Positions 1-12,742 of a DNA stretch of 64,000 nt are shown in pieces. Both the position numbers and the translations under genes were made by a program. The notes beneath the pieces were generated by a model. That model was given only the letters and a program-made list of their open reading frames with translations, had not been told where the DNA came from and did not search any database. Origin of the DNA: the human T2T-CHM13v2.0 reference genome, Homo sapiens. Position 1 is the stretch's first letter. The number at the start of each line of letters is the position of its first letter. The DNA lies in assembly GCF_009914755.1 (NCBI RefSeq), contig NC_060933.1. One strand, written 5' to 3'.

Positions 1-769
1 GAAAGATGAAAATGTATTCATGGCACTGCTGATAAGGTCGACAAGGTAACAGAAGTTAGCATGTTTAAAGCTCCCCAGGGTGGAAAGAAGCTTCTAATAT
101 TATCTCATTCAGCTCCAAGAAGAGAAGTGACCTGTTCCAGGCTGGTAAGTGGCAGGGGGGTGGAGCGGGGGTATATGAACTCAGCACCGCCTGAGGCAGC
201 TGCTCACAGAAAGAAAATGTATCATTGATCTTATTGGTGATTTTACTCCTATGCTTGGTCTGAAATTCCATTTGGTCTCAGCGGCCTCAAGGTTAGCATA
301 GGAAGAATTAAGCTCTCTGTTAGGCTTCACATCAACAAGGCAATTCTAGTTCATCTAGAAGTAATTCCAGGGCCTCCAGGAGTCATCAAAGCAAAAGTTC
401 TTAGAGCCCAAATGCCTGGTGCTGATGTATCTAATGTATTCATTGTTCAGTGTATTTTGCTAGCAGTAGCCAGATGTACCTTGATATTTGCATTAGTATA
501 CAATTTCTCTTAAAGACTGTTTATATTTTAAAAGGTTTTGAGTAGTGCTAACTATTAACTTGGGCAGGAAAAATTCTCTGCTGAAAGAAAATCGGGCATA
601 TGTGGTGGAGCTTTCAGGCTAAAGCAGAAGATATTTCGCTTTTGTTTACTCAACAGATATTTTCTGAATACCTGCCTGGGTTTGTGTTTGGTGGTATTCT
701 GTCACTGTTGCTCTTTTTCAGCTTTCATTAGAGTGAGGAAGATGAACACTAATTGGATCATATGTTTAT

Positions 770-970
770 CAAGTGTTTACTATGTGTCAAGCAGTGAGCT
801 AGGCACTTAGCATATGCTAGTTATCTTAGCCCAACTGTGTAAAGCAGCAACTACGTTACCCCCACTTTATAGATGAGGAAATGGGGGCCTAAAGAAGCAC
901 ATGGGTGTGCACAAAGTCCCATCGCTGGGAGTATAGGGTCAGAATACAGATGCAGGCAGGCTCTATGACA
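770..970 (-). mobile_element. MIR SINE fragment
   Basis: Reverse-strand MIR core CCCACTTTATAGATGAGGAAATGGGGGC, with a degenerate MIR 3' part on its left. Confidence 0.7.
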
Positions 971-1139
971 ATGGGCTTTGATGAGTCAGAGTCACTTGAT
1001 GAACTTAACATTTGGCCTCTAGTCCACGAAGTGAGTTGATTTCTGCTGAGTGATGGGCACTTGGTCATCCATTTTACTATCTTTCCACTTTCTTTTATGT
1101 TTGACATGTTCCATGATAAAAATTACATATATGTTTTTA

Positions 1140-1290
1140 AAGTACAGTCTCTGGAGCTAGACTGCAAAATAGGAATAACAATACCATCATCCTTATGGGA
1201 TTGTTGTGAGGATGAAATGAATTGATACAAACAAAGCATTTAGAGCTGATTGCATTGGAAATATTCAAGGTATATAAGCTATTACCTACT
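1140..1290 (+). mobile_element. MIR SINE fragment with internal deletion
   Basis: CTCTGGAGCTAGACTGC joined to AAAATAGGAATAACAATACC...GGATTGTTGTGAGGATGAAATGA. Confidence 0.65.
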
Positions 1291-2154
1291 ATAACTGCTA
1301 AGATGGAAAAGCCTGTAGTGTTTAGCATATATAGCAAGTCCCCTGCATGAGGTCCTGAATATGACAGACTACTGCACATTTTCCTAAAATTTTAAGTTAT
1401 CTGATATGCCTGAATACATAAACTTTGCTTAGAAATATAAGTGAACCAGTCTCATATCTAATTATAGTATTTCATTTACTACTTTAGTAATAGTGATATC
1501 TATATAATATTTAAAATCACTTATTTATAATAAATAAATTTAGAAATACTGTTCTTGCTCACTCTTTTGTTTCAGTAAAACTACTTTATCGCAATTCTTC
1601 ACATATAATTCTTGATTCAGTCTAACGTCTCTTTCTCAAGCAGTTGCTATTTAAAATAAATTAGTTGAGAAAGTAACCTTCATGTGTGAGAAAGTCATGC
1701 CCAAATTGACAGAGTCTTAGCTTAGGAACGGTTTTAAGGTGTAGATGCCAGTCTTATATACCAGCATTTACAGTACTGTGGTTTGAGGGCTGATGAATTG
1801 TTGACCTGGCTGGTGAGAGTGGGTGGGGTGGCTGGGAGCTGGTTGCTGGAAGCTCTGAGAATGAAGAGGTGAGAGCAAAAGAGAGAAGGCAGATGAAGCC
1901 AAGCTGGTCCCGGTCAGATTGCACTGACTTTTAATCTATTTTTTTTTTCATTATAAAAGTAATACATTGCTGCTGGAAGGCATTTGGACAACATCGAAAA
2001 GTAAAAAGAAAAACAAATCCATTAATCCCACTGCAGAGAGGGCACTGTAATCGTTATTTTGCTGTCTTTGATCCAAGCATGAATGCTCTTTCTCTAGATA
2101 ACCTCATGGCTCAAATGTCACCTGCTCAGTGTCATGGGATGACTGCCTAATATG

Positions 2155-2318
2155 AGGACTGTCATATTTAGCAAATAAAAATAAAGGCACCCAATTAAAT
2201 TTGGATTTTAAACAGCAAATTTCTTTTGGTATACACACTTCCCAAATAGTGCAATTATTAATTGCCTGCCTGAAATTCAAATTCAACTGGGTACTCAATA
2301 TTTTATCTGGCAATTCTA
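2155..2318. mobile_element. MER53 palindromic non-autonomous DNA transposon, inserted in L2-like sequence
   Basis: ATTTAGCAAATAAAAATAAAGGCACCCAATTAAATTTG...CTGAAATTCAAATTCAACTGGGTACTCAATATTTTATCTGGCAATTCTA matches recalled MER53 arms. Confidence 0.8.
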
Positions 2319-2507
2319 TCCCATGGCCAATGGCACTTACACCCCTTCTCCATTCTCCGGTACTCCCAAACTCCCAACACCTAAAATAATTTATCACACT
2401 TATTATTTATTTTCTGATTCTTCCCATTAGAATGTAAATTACACAAGAGCATGAGTTTTTATCTGTTTTACTCATTGAAGTGTTGCCAAAATCTACTAAA
2501 GGTGTAT

Positions 2508-2536
<29 letters not shown>
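2508..2536. repeat. (CA)n microsatellite
   Basis: Pure CA run of about 14 units. Confidence 0.95.
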
Positions 2537-2538
<2 letters not shown>

Positions 2539-2799
2539 TAGAATCTTACTATACATATACCTTCATATTCTTCTTTTTCCTTAATCTTACTCCAAGGACA
2601 TTTCAGGACACTTTTTTGTTTCTTTCAAACACATGATTTTCATGGCTATTTTGAAGTTGCCCAATTAAATGATCCAATCCCCTATTAGAGAACATTTGGT
2701 TGTTGGAAGTTTTTCTCCATTATAATTAGTGCCCTGATGGGAAGCTCAGCAGGACTGCAGGTGCCTAAGATTCTGCCCACTCTAAAGCAGGAGAGATCT

Positions 2800-3010
2800 A
2801 GGAGTAATTCTGGCTATACCCTCTTACTAGCTAGGTGACTTTGCACAGGTCACTGACTCTTCCAGCCTCAGTCCCCCAGTTGTAAACCGAGATGCTAGTA
2901 GAACCTGGCTCTACTTGGTATTGTTTGAACTCAATACGATGATGTGTCAGGGTTCCTGGTAGGTGCCTGCATGGAGTGAGCACTCACCAAGACATGCAGT
3001 TATTATTAGT
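2800..3010 (+). mobile_element. MIR SINE
   Basis: CTTACTAGCTAGGTGACTTTG...CCTCAGTCCCCCAGTTGTAAA...ending in TATTATT. Confidence 0.7.
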
Positions 3011-3825
3011 ATCATTCCCTACCTCAACACCTCTCCCTCCCTCTCTCCTCTCTTCCCTCCTCACCTTAGTAATTATTTCCCTTTATGCAACAGGCCAAAT
3101 CTATCCATTTCCAAGCCACCATACTTCCTTCTTCTTAGGTCCATAATTGCTTTCTCTATCCCAAGCCCACTGCCAGGTTAACTCCTGCTGATTTAGGGAT
3201 ACCAAGAGAGATCAGCCTTTGAAGCTTTTCTGAACACTCAACGTCTGCCCCCAGGCCCACGCTTGGTCAGAACCCTGCTTGAGCATCCACATTTTTCCCA
3301 TTAGCACACTGACTACCTCGCCACACAATGGCCTGGGTGTTTGCTTTTCACTTCATTTGAGTGAGCATCTGCAGAAAAGCAATGACTAGCCTTCCCTACT
3401 TCCATTCTAGGACTGACTGAGAGCCTTCTTAGTGTCCTGCCCTGCACAAGCACAGGTTAGAGGGAGAATCCACTACCAAAAAAATCCCAGATATTTACTT
3501 GCCAGTTCCTAGATCGAAAACATGTGGGCCTCCTTTCTGCCCCTGAACCCAGAGTTTAGTTGGGCATTATTCTTGTTCTTCAAAGGAAGTGGTAGGTAGG
3601 GACAGGGTGGATGGTAATTGATATTTCATGGTGACTGAAAGACTTGTAAGTACCTATTTAAAAAAAAGTCAATGACTCCATTACAATTTAAAAGAAAAGG
3701 AGAAAAATAGCCAAATGACAGTTATCACATAAAGATAGGAGCCAGTACCCCACTATGAGTTTGACCAGCATGATTTGTAATTCTGAGAAAATCCTGATGA
3801 TAGATAAAATATTACCATTGTTCTA

Positions 3826-4086
<261 letters not shown>

Positions 4087-4404
4087 TATTCTCATGTTGT
4101 AGGTCAGTAAAGAAGTTCAGAGAGGGTAGGTTATTTGCGCAATGTCTCATTTAATCAGGGGAGGAGATGGGATTAGAATTCAAGGTCTTCCTGACACCCA
4201 AACCTCTGCAAACAGTATGAATTTAAGGCTCCACAATAGATACTATGATGTAGAAGCAACTGATTTTCCAAAAGGTTCTTGGGTTATTTATTTATTGCAA
4301 AGGCATTTTACCTCCCTGCACATTTATGTAAGTGGTCCCATGAGTTGGTAGAATTCTCTGAAAACCAATACATTCTGAAAGCAAGCTTAATACATTTATT
4401 TGTA

Positions 4405-4755
4405 CAGATTGAGCATCCCTAATCCAATAATCTGAAATTTGAAATGCTCCAAAATTGGAAACTTTTTGAGTGCGACATGACACCTCAGGTGGAAAATTCC
4501 ATACCTTTTCTTTCTGCCGGTTCAATGTACACACACTTTATTTAATGCACAGGATTGTTAAAACTATTGTATACAATTCCCTTCAGGCTATATGCATAAG
4601 GTGTATATGAAACATATGAATTTCATGTTTAGACTTGGGTCCCATCTCCAGGATATTTCTTTATGTCTATGCAAATATTCCAAAATCTGAAAAAGTCAGA
4701 AATCTGAAACACTTCTCTAGTCCCAAGCATTTCAGATAAGGGGATACTCAACTTG
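4405..4755 (+). mobile_element. Tigger4b (MER46/Zombi family) DNA transposon, full length
   Basis: TIRs CAGATTGAGCATCCCT / GGGATACTCAACTTG, TA target duplications at 4403-4404 and 4756-4757, and interior matching the recalled consensus. Confidence 0.9.
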
Positions 4756-5610
4756 TACTTAGTAAGCACCGGGGGTCAAGTCTTTGCTAGGAGACCAAAG
4801 GGATGCTCTGTATCTATTCATAAGAGGGTGGAAGTGGAAGCGGTCATGGTTTTGGCACAGGGGCAAAGGATGTGAGTTAGAACTGGATCCTGGAAGGCTT
4901 TCTGAAAGGAGTTTGGTAGTAGTATCCTATCAAGGTCTTAGTAATCTGGGCATAGTTTCTGCAGAATCAAATTCTCCTATATTCAACAGGACAGCAAATG
5001 AAGACTGTATTGATTTTCTGCTTAGATCAATAAATAAGATAAATTGACCAGAAGGGCTAAATACTGATCAGGGTGAACTGAACATCAACATTTACTAAGA
5101 GCAGAGGGAGGAGAAACATAAATATCAGAAAAATGGAGATGCCAATAGAGCACTGGGGCAGTGGCTCAGTTTCCAGTTAAAATGTGTGTGTAAGGATTAT
5201 TATTTTAGTCATGTCTTTACATAAAAAAAGGGAGTGGAATTAGGTTATTACAATAAAACTTCATTTAGTCAGACTGTGAGAAGACCAATTGATTTTTAAA
5301 AAACAATAAATGCCATTGAATTTAAATGCATGGATATGATATGGCAAGACAAACAAATAAACAAATAGTCAGAAGACCTGAGTCATTAAGTGTCCTTGTT
5401 AAGTGCAGAAAATCACATATTATTCATAAGTGTATTCTATTTGCCAAGCACAGAACCTGGAATATAGATGAAATCTTGGATTGAGTTCTATGAGAGCTGA
5501 CCCAGAGCTAAGGAATGTGGTAATAGTAGTTGATTTGGGAGGTGATTCCAGGAAGCAAGTGAGGGACTGAGAATTGAGCCAAGGAATGGAGGAAAGCAAA
5601 CAAGGGTGTA

Positions 5611-6270
5611 TGTATTAGTCCATTTTCATACTACTATAAAGAAATACCTGAGGCTAGGTAATTTATTTTTTAAATTTTTATTTTGATTTTTTTATGAGAT
5701 GGAGTTTCCCTCTTGTTGCCCAGGCTGGAGTGCAATGGCATTATCTTGGCCTACTCCGCCTCCCAGGTTCAAGCAATCCTCCTGCCTCAGCCTCCAGAGT
5801 AGCTGGGATTACAGGTGCCTGGCTAATTTTATGTGTTTTTAGTAGAGACAGGGTTTCACCATGTTGGCCAGGATGGTCTCAAACTCTTGACCTCAGGTGA
5901 TCCGCCTGCCTCAGCCTCCCAAAGTGCTGGGATTACAGGCATGAGCTGCCGTGCCCCTCCTAGACTGGGTAATTTATTAAAAAAGAGGTTTAATTGACTC
6001 ACAGTTCCACATGGCTGGGGAGGTCTTGGGAAACTTACAATCATGGCAGAAGGGGAAGCAGGGACGTCTCACATGGTGGCAGGTAAGAGAAGAGGGCAGG
6101 GAAAACTGCCATTTATAAGACCATTAGATCTCATGAGAACTCACTCATTTACCATCATGAGAACAGCATGGGGACACCATCCCAGTGATCCAATCACCTT
6201 CCTCCCTTGACACATGTGGATTACAATTCGAGATGAGATTTGCGTGGGGACACAGAGCCAAACCATATCA
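5611..6270 (-). mobile_element. THE1D/MSTA-type MaLR solo LTR (contains an Alu)
   Basis: TGTATTAGTC...CCAAACCATATCA termini; 5-bp TSD GTGTA/GTGTG. Confidence 0.9.
5667..5960 (-). mobile_element. AluS SINE
   Basis: Full reverse Alu; TSD AGGCTAGGTAATTTAT / AGACTGGGTAATTTAT. Confidence 0.95.
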
Positions 6271-6789
6271 GTGTGTTAATGAGGGGGCTACCAGGTGGGC
6301 AACAAGAACTCGATCTCGTTATGGTCTCTCTGAGAGACTGGGTAAGATACAACCCTGAATCTTTCTGTGAAGGGGCAAGAAATGTGGCATATTTTTCTAC
6401 CAACCTCCTGTTCATCTTTTGCTGTGGATTGTGCCTAAGGCCATCATCACTGCCCACCTGCTCCCAAAAAAATAACCTCAGGCAGACAGATTTAGGTGCA
6501 GCGCACTGAAGGTGCAGGTGACAGCTGTCAAGGACCAAATGTAGATGGGAAGGACACATGGCAAGTGGTAATACCAGGCGAAGGACTGCAAGATCAAGCT
6601 CTGTGCTCTGTGACGATTGTCAAGTCAATCTCCTCTCTGGGCAATCAGGGTCTAACTCTAAAAAGCGAGGCTTGAATCTTCACATTCCCTCCCAGACTGA
6701 GTGCCAGTAATTCTGAAAACCAGATGGTCAAACTCACAATCAAGGATTACAGGCCATTTAGGAAACTGCTTCTCACACAGATAAAAATG

Positions 6790-7380
6790 ATACATGATGA
6801 GCATTCCACTTGTTAGCGTTTAACTGTGAGCTTTTCAAGTGCTTGAACATACACACAAAGATGTACATGCACTAAGTGATCACTGAGGCATTGTTTGTAG
6901 TAGCAAAAAACTGAAAACAACCTAAATACTCTTCAGTTAGGACATCGCTGAATAAAACTGGCATATTCATATGCCGGAATGTTCTCCTGCACTTAAAAGG
7001 AACGAACTGAATCTATATGTGTCACCATGAACAGAGTTCAAAAAATATTGCTGAGAGTAAAAAAAAAAATCAAGATGCAGAATGTTATATATAGTCTGAC
7101 ACCATTTAAAAAAAACAAGCACACATTACAGCATTCCTATGGGTAGGTTACATATCTGGAAAAGTATTTTTAAAGGACTGAAGTGACAACACAAACTCAT
7201 TTAAAGTTATTTTGGAAATAACTTTTCCAAAAATCACATTTATATGAGTGGCTACTTTTGGGCAGGGAGAGCTGGGACAAAGACTAGATTAGCAATGACA
7301 AATGTGGATGGGGTAGTCAGAGTGATTTTAGTTATAGTGATATTGTTCTAATTTATGAAAGCAGAATTGATTCATGCATT
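6790..7380 (+). mobile_element. Old L1M (L1MC/ME-like) 3' fragment
   Basis: GCATTGTTTGTAGTAGCAAAAAACTGAAAACAACCTAAAT...GAATAAAACTGGCATATTCAT, typical of the L1M ORF2 end and 3'UTR. Confidence 0.7.
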
Positions 7381-7466
7381 TTTAAGTGAACTTAAAAAAA
7401 GAGAGAAATGTCTAGTACGTAGCCTAGTATCACAGGAGACTACACGATAATGTGGAAGGAGTTTGA

Positions 7467-7767
7467 AGCTGGATGCATTGGCTCGTGTCTGTAATCCCAG
7501 CACTTTGGGAGGCCAAGGTGGAAGGATCGCTTGAGTGCAGAAGTTTGAGACCACCCTGGGCAACATAGTGAGACCCTATCTCTACAAAAAATAGAAAAAA
7601 TAGCGCCAAGCATGGTGGTGTATGCTTGTGGTCTCAGCTACTCGGGTGGCTAAGATGGGAGGATCACTTTAGCCTTGGAGGTCAACAGCTGCAGTGAGCT
7701 ATGATCACACCACTGCACTCCAGCCTGGGTGACAGAACAAGACCCTGTCTCAAAAAAAAAAAAAAAA
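7467..7767 (+). mobile_element. AluJ SINE
   Basis: Full Alu with AluJ diagnostics (GGATCGCTTGAG, GGAGGATCAC), poly-A tail, TSD approximately GAGTTTG. Confidence 0.95.
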
Positions 7768-8010
7768 GAGTTTGGAAAATAGAGTCAGAAAGACCTGGTG
7801 AACCTACTTCGCAAATAACTTCTCTGCTAAGAGCCTTCACTTCTTCAGTTCCAAGATTGACAAAACAGACCAACTTCATGAAGCCGAGTGACCACAGGGC
7901 AACCTGTAGTGTCTTCTGTCTGGATCATAAATTTGCATTCATCTCCTGTTTATTCCCTGCTCTCTTATCTGTGTTTTTTCATATTTTAAAAAAGTGTTAA
8001 AAATTATTCC

Positions 8011-8318
8011 TTTTATGTTTTTTATTTTTTTGAGACAGGGTCTCGCTATGTTGTACAGGTTGGAGTGCAGTGGCACGTTCACATCTCACTGCAGCGTTGA
8101 TCTCCCTGGCTCAAGCAATCCTCCCATTTAAGCCACCCAAGTAGTGAGACTAAAGGCATGTGCCACCACACTTGCCTAATTTTTTTAAATATATTTTGTA
8201 GAGATGGGTCTCACTATATCGCCCTAGCTGGTCTCAAACTCTTGGGCTCAAGTGATCCTCTTTCTTGCCTTGACCTCCTAAAATGCTGGGATTTCAGGCA
8301 TGAGCTACCATATGCAGT
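8011..8318 (-). mobile_element. AluJ SINE
   Basis: Reverse Alu; TSD TTATTCCTTT / TTATTTCTTT. Confidence 0.93.
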
Positions 8319-8823
8319 GTTATTTCTTTATTGAGTTGAAAGTTGAGGTTCCTGCCTAACCCCCATGGAATCAGGTATTTGATTAAATAGACTCAGTATT
8401 AACAAGGTTTTGATGTTTTCTTAATTCCTATAGTGCCAGTTGATATTGGAACTGAGCAACCATTCAGCTACACATGAATATACCATTTTACCTGGCTTTG
8501 TGGGTATCAGTGATTATCAATGAGGAGGCATTCCACAATGACAACACTAGGGGGTCTTATCAAAGTCAAAGGGACATACCATACACCTGAGTTAGAACTG
8601 CTGGAGTTAAATCCAATCAGGAGAAGCTGTTAGGGCAGACTGGCCTTTTCCATAATGGTGTCCAAAGGTGTTCAGGCCTCTTGCTTTTACATGGGCTGTT
8701 TCCTCACCTGGAACTCTGTTCTCTCTCCCAACATTCCCATGCCCACATCCTATTTTCCTTTAGGTTATTTTCTCCATGTTGCCTTCATGAATAAATTTCC
8801 TCCCCACAAAATAATAATGATCA

Positions 8824-9564
8824 TGAACCATCCTTTGCAAAATTATAACAGTGAGAAAAACCCAACATAGGAGAAATATGACAGTGGAAGATATCTGACA
8901 TAACCAACTCCATCTTGCTTCTAACCTCCAAGCTATCCTTGTTTATTCCTGGTGGAGGCTATGGTAACCTCAGGAGGAATTCAGTTTACAGTTTAACTTT
9001 GAAACAAAGATAATAACAGCTCCTTCCTGAAACAAAACCCATCCTTGCTTGGAGACCACACTGCCTTTGTAAAACAAACAAATTAGCCACAGGATTAAAA
9101 GTTATGGCTCAGGAGTCATGCAGCCAGAGATCACAGGATTCCTAACCTCCCCAACTGCTCCTGCATATAACACTACTGTTGTAAAACCTAAGATTGGTAT
9201 TTGAGGTATTTTTTCACATCCTGCATTCCGATATCCAAGCAGACCCGTAAAAGTGGCTCATCTGGTATTGTGGCCCCCACCTAGGAACTGACTCAGCACA
9301 AGAAGACAAGATTTAACTCCCTATTCATTTCATCCCCAACCCAACAAATCTGCATTCCCCATTCCCTAGGCCCCTGCTCGTCAAACTATCTTTAAAAAAC
9401 CTTAGCCTCCAACTTTTCAGTGAGGCTGATTTGAGTAATAAACTCCTCTCCTATCACTTAACTGAATCTGCATTTATTAAACTATTTCTCTATTGCAATG
9501 CTGCTGTTTCAGTAAATTGACTCTGTCTGTGCAGAGGGCAAGAAAAACCTGTTGGGCAATGACA
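8824..9564 (+). mobile_element. LTR8A/LTR8B (ERV1) solo LTR, full length
   Basis: Starts TGAACCATCCTTTGCAAAATTATAACAG, contains AACTCCATCTTGCTTCTAACCTCCAAGCT, ends GGGCAATGACA; 4-bp TSD ATCA on both sides. Confidence 0.88.
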
Positions 9565-10434
9565 ATCATGATGATGATAGTTACCATTTGTAGACACCAT
9601 GCTGGATCCTCATCTAATCCTCATAGCAACCCTGACAACTAAGCCTCCATATTCCCATTTTATGAAAGAAGACATCAAGATTCAGAGAGTGTGGAAGGAC
9701 ATGACAGAGAAGGGTTTGTCATTTTTTTCAGGGGTGATGCTTTTTGATCTTCTCCCCCCTCACCACATTTATGGCTGCCTGGAGTCTATGGTTTCTGTGA
9801 TATGTAATTTGTAGAGAGAGAAATCATTTTGAGGATTTTTTCTTATTGAGAGCTATATTCCTAGGCTTAACCCTCAGAAATGAAAAGTTTAAAAGTTAAA
9901 GTACAAGTCAGAGAGAAAAAATAGAGCCCTCTGAAATGATCTAAAGTAAGAAGTCAGACCGATTCTTCAAGGCAGCACACACAGAATGGAGGCAAGGCAG
10001 GAAGCCTACCATTGGTTCCAGCTCATCCTGCAGGAAGGATGAAGAGGAACTAAGCCATCACCTCACCTGCTTCCTCCCTCCCTTCTCCATCTCCCTCTTT
10101 CCTGCCCCCCTCTTTCTTCTCCCTCCACCTTCGTTTGGTTCTCAGGCTCCACAGGAAATAAGTGGGAGGGGACAGCACATTTACTTTGTAAAGCAATAAG
10201 GAGACTGCTTCTCTACGGGCTTTATTTTATTTTTGCCATAAGCTTCTCCCGGCTTGCCAGCGGGTAAAACGTTTTACCATATCCAAGAATTTCTTTCTTT
10301 CTTTTTTTAAACTGGACTTCCTAAAAATGAAGAAAGAAATGTGAAAAATTTGTTCAAAGTTAAACATAGAATGAGTGGCTGTGGTTGCAATTTTACCTAA
10401 ATTCCGACTCCAAATCCTATTTCCGGCTACTGAT

Positions 10435-10466
10435 TGTGTGTGTGTGTGTGTGTGTGTGCGCGTGTG
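10435..10466. repeat. (TG)n microsatellite
   Basis: TG run ending in CGCG. Confidence 0.9.
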
Positions 10467-10588
10467 CAAGTGTGTGAAAGCTGCATTATTCATATGGCCA
10501 TTTTTACTTTAACTCACCTTATATGCCCATATGCCCAGGCAATAACGCATTGCATATATGACAGTGGTCCTTTAAAATTATTTTGGAA

Positions 10589-10819
10589 GGCTGGGTGCAG
10601 TGGCTTACACCCATAAGGAGGCTGAGGTGGGAGGATCCTTTGAGCCCAGGAGTTTGAGACCAGCCTGGGTAACATAGTAAAACCTTATTGCTACAGAAAA
10701 AAAATAATTTATAATTAGCCAGACATAGTGGCATATGGCTGTAGTCCCAGGTACTCAGGCAGCTGAGGTAGAGGGTTGCCTGAGTTTAAGAGGTTGAGGC
10801 AGCAGTGAGCTGAGATCAT
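10589..10819 (+). mobile_element. AluJ, 3'-truncated with no poly-A tail
   Basis: GGCTGGGTGCAGTGGCT...GAGCTGAGATCAT, then runs directly into Tigger3b. Confidence 0.9.
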
Positions 10820-11099
10820 AATGGAGCTGAAAAATTCCTGTTGCTTAATGACATTGCAACAGTCTGCATAACATTGTAACAATGCATTAATCACCTGTTT
10901 GTGGTCATGCTGGTATAAACAAACTTACTGAACTGCCAGTTATATAAGAGTATAGCACATACAATTAATGTGCAGTATATAATAGTTGATAATAATAATA
11001 CATGACTATGTTACTGGTTTATGTATTTATTATAGTATACTATTGATTGTTATTTTAGAGTATATTCCTACTTATATCTTTTAAAAGTTAACTGTTATA

Positions 11100-11426
11100 G
11101 GCCAGGCACGGTGGCTCACGCCTGTAATCCCAGCACTTTGGGAGGCCAAGATCACCCGAGGTCAGGAGTTCCAGGCCAGCCTGGCCAACATGGTGAAACC
11201 CTGTCTCTATTGAAAATACAAAAATTAGCCAGGCATGGTGGTATGTGCCTATAATCCCAGCTACTCAGGAGGCTGAGGCAGAATTACTTGAACCCGGGAG
11301 GCAGAGGTTGCAGTGAGCCAAGATCATGCCACTGCACTCAAGCCTGGGCAGCAGAGTGAGACTCTTGTTTCAAATAAATAAATAAATAAATAAACAAACA
11401 TAATATAAAATGAAATAAAATAAAAT
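11100..11426 (+). mobile_element. AluS SINE with (TAAA)n tail
   Basis: Full Alu; perfect 17-bp TSD AAAAGTTAACTGTTATA. Confidence 0.96.
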
Positions 11427-12094
11427 AAAAGTTAACTGTTATAAAGCCTCAGGCATGTCCTTCAGGAGGTATTTCAGAAGAAGGCACTGTTACCATAGGA
11501 GATGACAGCTCCATATGTGTTACTGCCCCAGAAGACTTTCCAGTGGGAAAAGATATGGAGGTGGAAGACATTGATATTAATGATCCTGTCCCTGTGGAAA
11601 CCTAGGCTAATACGTGCATTTGTGCCTTAGTTTTTAACAAGAAAAGTTTAAAAAATAAAAATAGAAAAAAGGTTTATAGAATAAACATATAAAGAAAGAA
11701 AATATTTTTGTACAGCTGTACAATGTGTTTGTGTTTCAAGATGTGTTACATAAAAGTGTAAAGTTTGAAAAATGAAAATTTTATAAAGTAAAAAATATAC
11801 CATATTTTGGTGTACATTTTCTATGCTTAGATACACAAATACCATTGTGTTACAATTGCCTACAGTATTCAGTACAGCAATTTGCTGTATAGGTTTATAG
11901 CCCAGGAGGCTGTGTCACATAACTAGGTGTGCACTAGGCTATACTATCTGGGTTTGTGTAGTATAATCTAGGATGTTGTCACAATGACAGAATCGCCTAA
12001 TGGTACATTTCTCAGAAGATATCCCTGTTGTTAATCGATGCATGACTGTATATCCTTTTGGTTCTGCTTTTTCTAGAGAACCCTGATTAATATA

Positions 12095-12742
12095 AGTCTA
12101 TCCTCAACAAAGCTGCCAGAGGATTCCTTTTGAAACTTAGGGTAGATACTGTTCCTTATCTGTTTAAAGCCTTCCACTGGCTTCCAGGAGTAAATGTTTT
12201 TTTACTTCTTTACTTTACAACTTTTTACTTCTTTAAAAGTAAAAGTTAAGGCTATTCCCATGTCTTTGAAGAGCCCAGTAGGATCTGACCATCCATTACC
12301 ACTTTGACCACATCTCCCATTACTTCCCCCAACTCTGTCTCTTGAAACACCAGGGATTTTCTGCCTCAGGGCCTTTGCACTTGCTGTTGTTCTCTTTGGA
12401 ATGATATTTTCCAGACATCCATATGCTGCATTCCTCCTCCTCTTCACTTCCTCCTCCTCCTTTTTATTTGCCCAAATACTGTATTCTTGGGAGAGCTTCC
12501 CTGATTCTTCTACTTAAAATTGTGGCTCTCACCCCACCATCATCACTCTTAAGCCCCTGCTGTAATTTTACCCTGCTGTACTTTTATGGCACTTATTACC
12601 TCGAATCTACTGTATAATTTACCTGTTTATCATGCTATTTTTTGTCTTCTCCCCCTAGAATGTAAAATCGTTGTTGGCAGAGATCTTTGTTTTATATACT
12701 GATGTTTACTTAGCATTAGTATCTAGTACATAGTGGATATTT
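12095..12742 (+). mobile_element. L2 LINE 3' fragment
   Basis: CCTCAGGGCCTTTGCACTTGCTGTT...CTAGAATGTAA...GGCAGAGATCTTTG, hallmarks of the L2a 3' region. Confidence 0.75.

Larger units (their letters stand above)
5470..6575 (-). mobile_element. LTR33-like ERVL LTR, split by a MaLR LTR and an Alu
   Basis: TTTGGGAGGTGATTCCAGGAAGCA...GGAAAGCAAACAAGGGTGTA stops at 5610 and resumes at 6271 (GGTGGGCAAC...CTACCAACCTCC). Confidence 0.6.
10550..12048 (+). mobile_element. Tigger3b (MER7/Golem family) DNA transposon, interrupted by two Alus
   Basis: GACAGTGGTCC...TAATGGAGCTGAAAAATTCC...GGAGATGACAGCTCCAT...; right TIR GATGCATGACTG followed by TA. Confidence 0.88.

Noticed and set aside
10263-10278. Perfect 16-bp palindrome GGTAAAACGTTTTACC
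   Set aside because: About one such palindrome is expected by chance in 64 kb.
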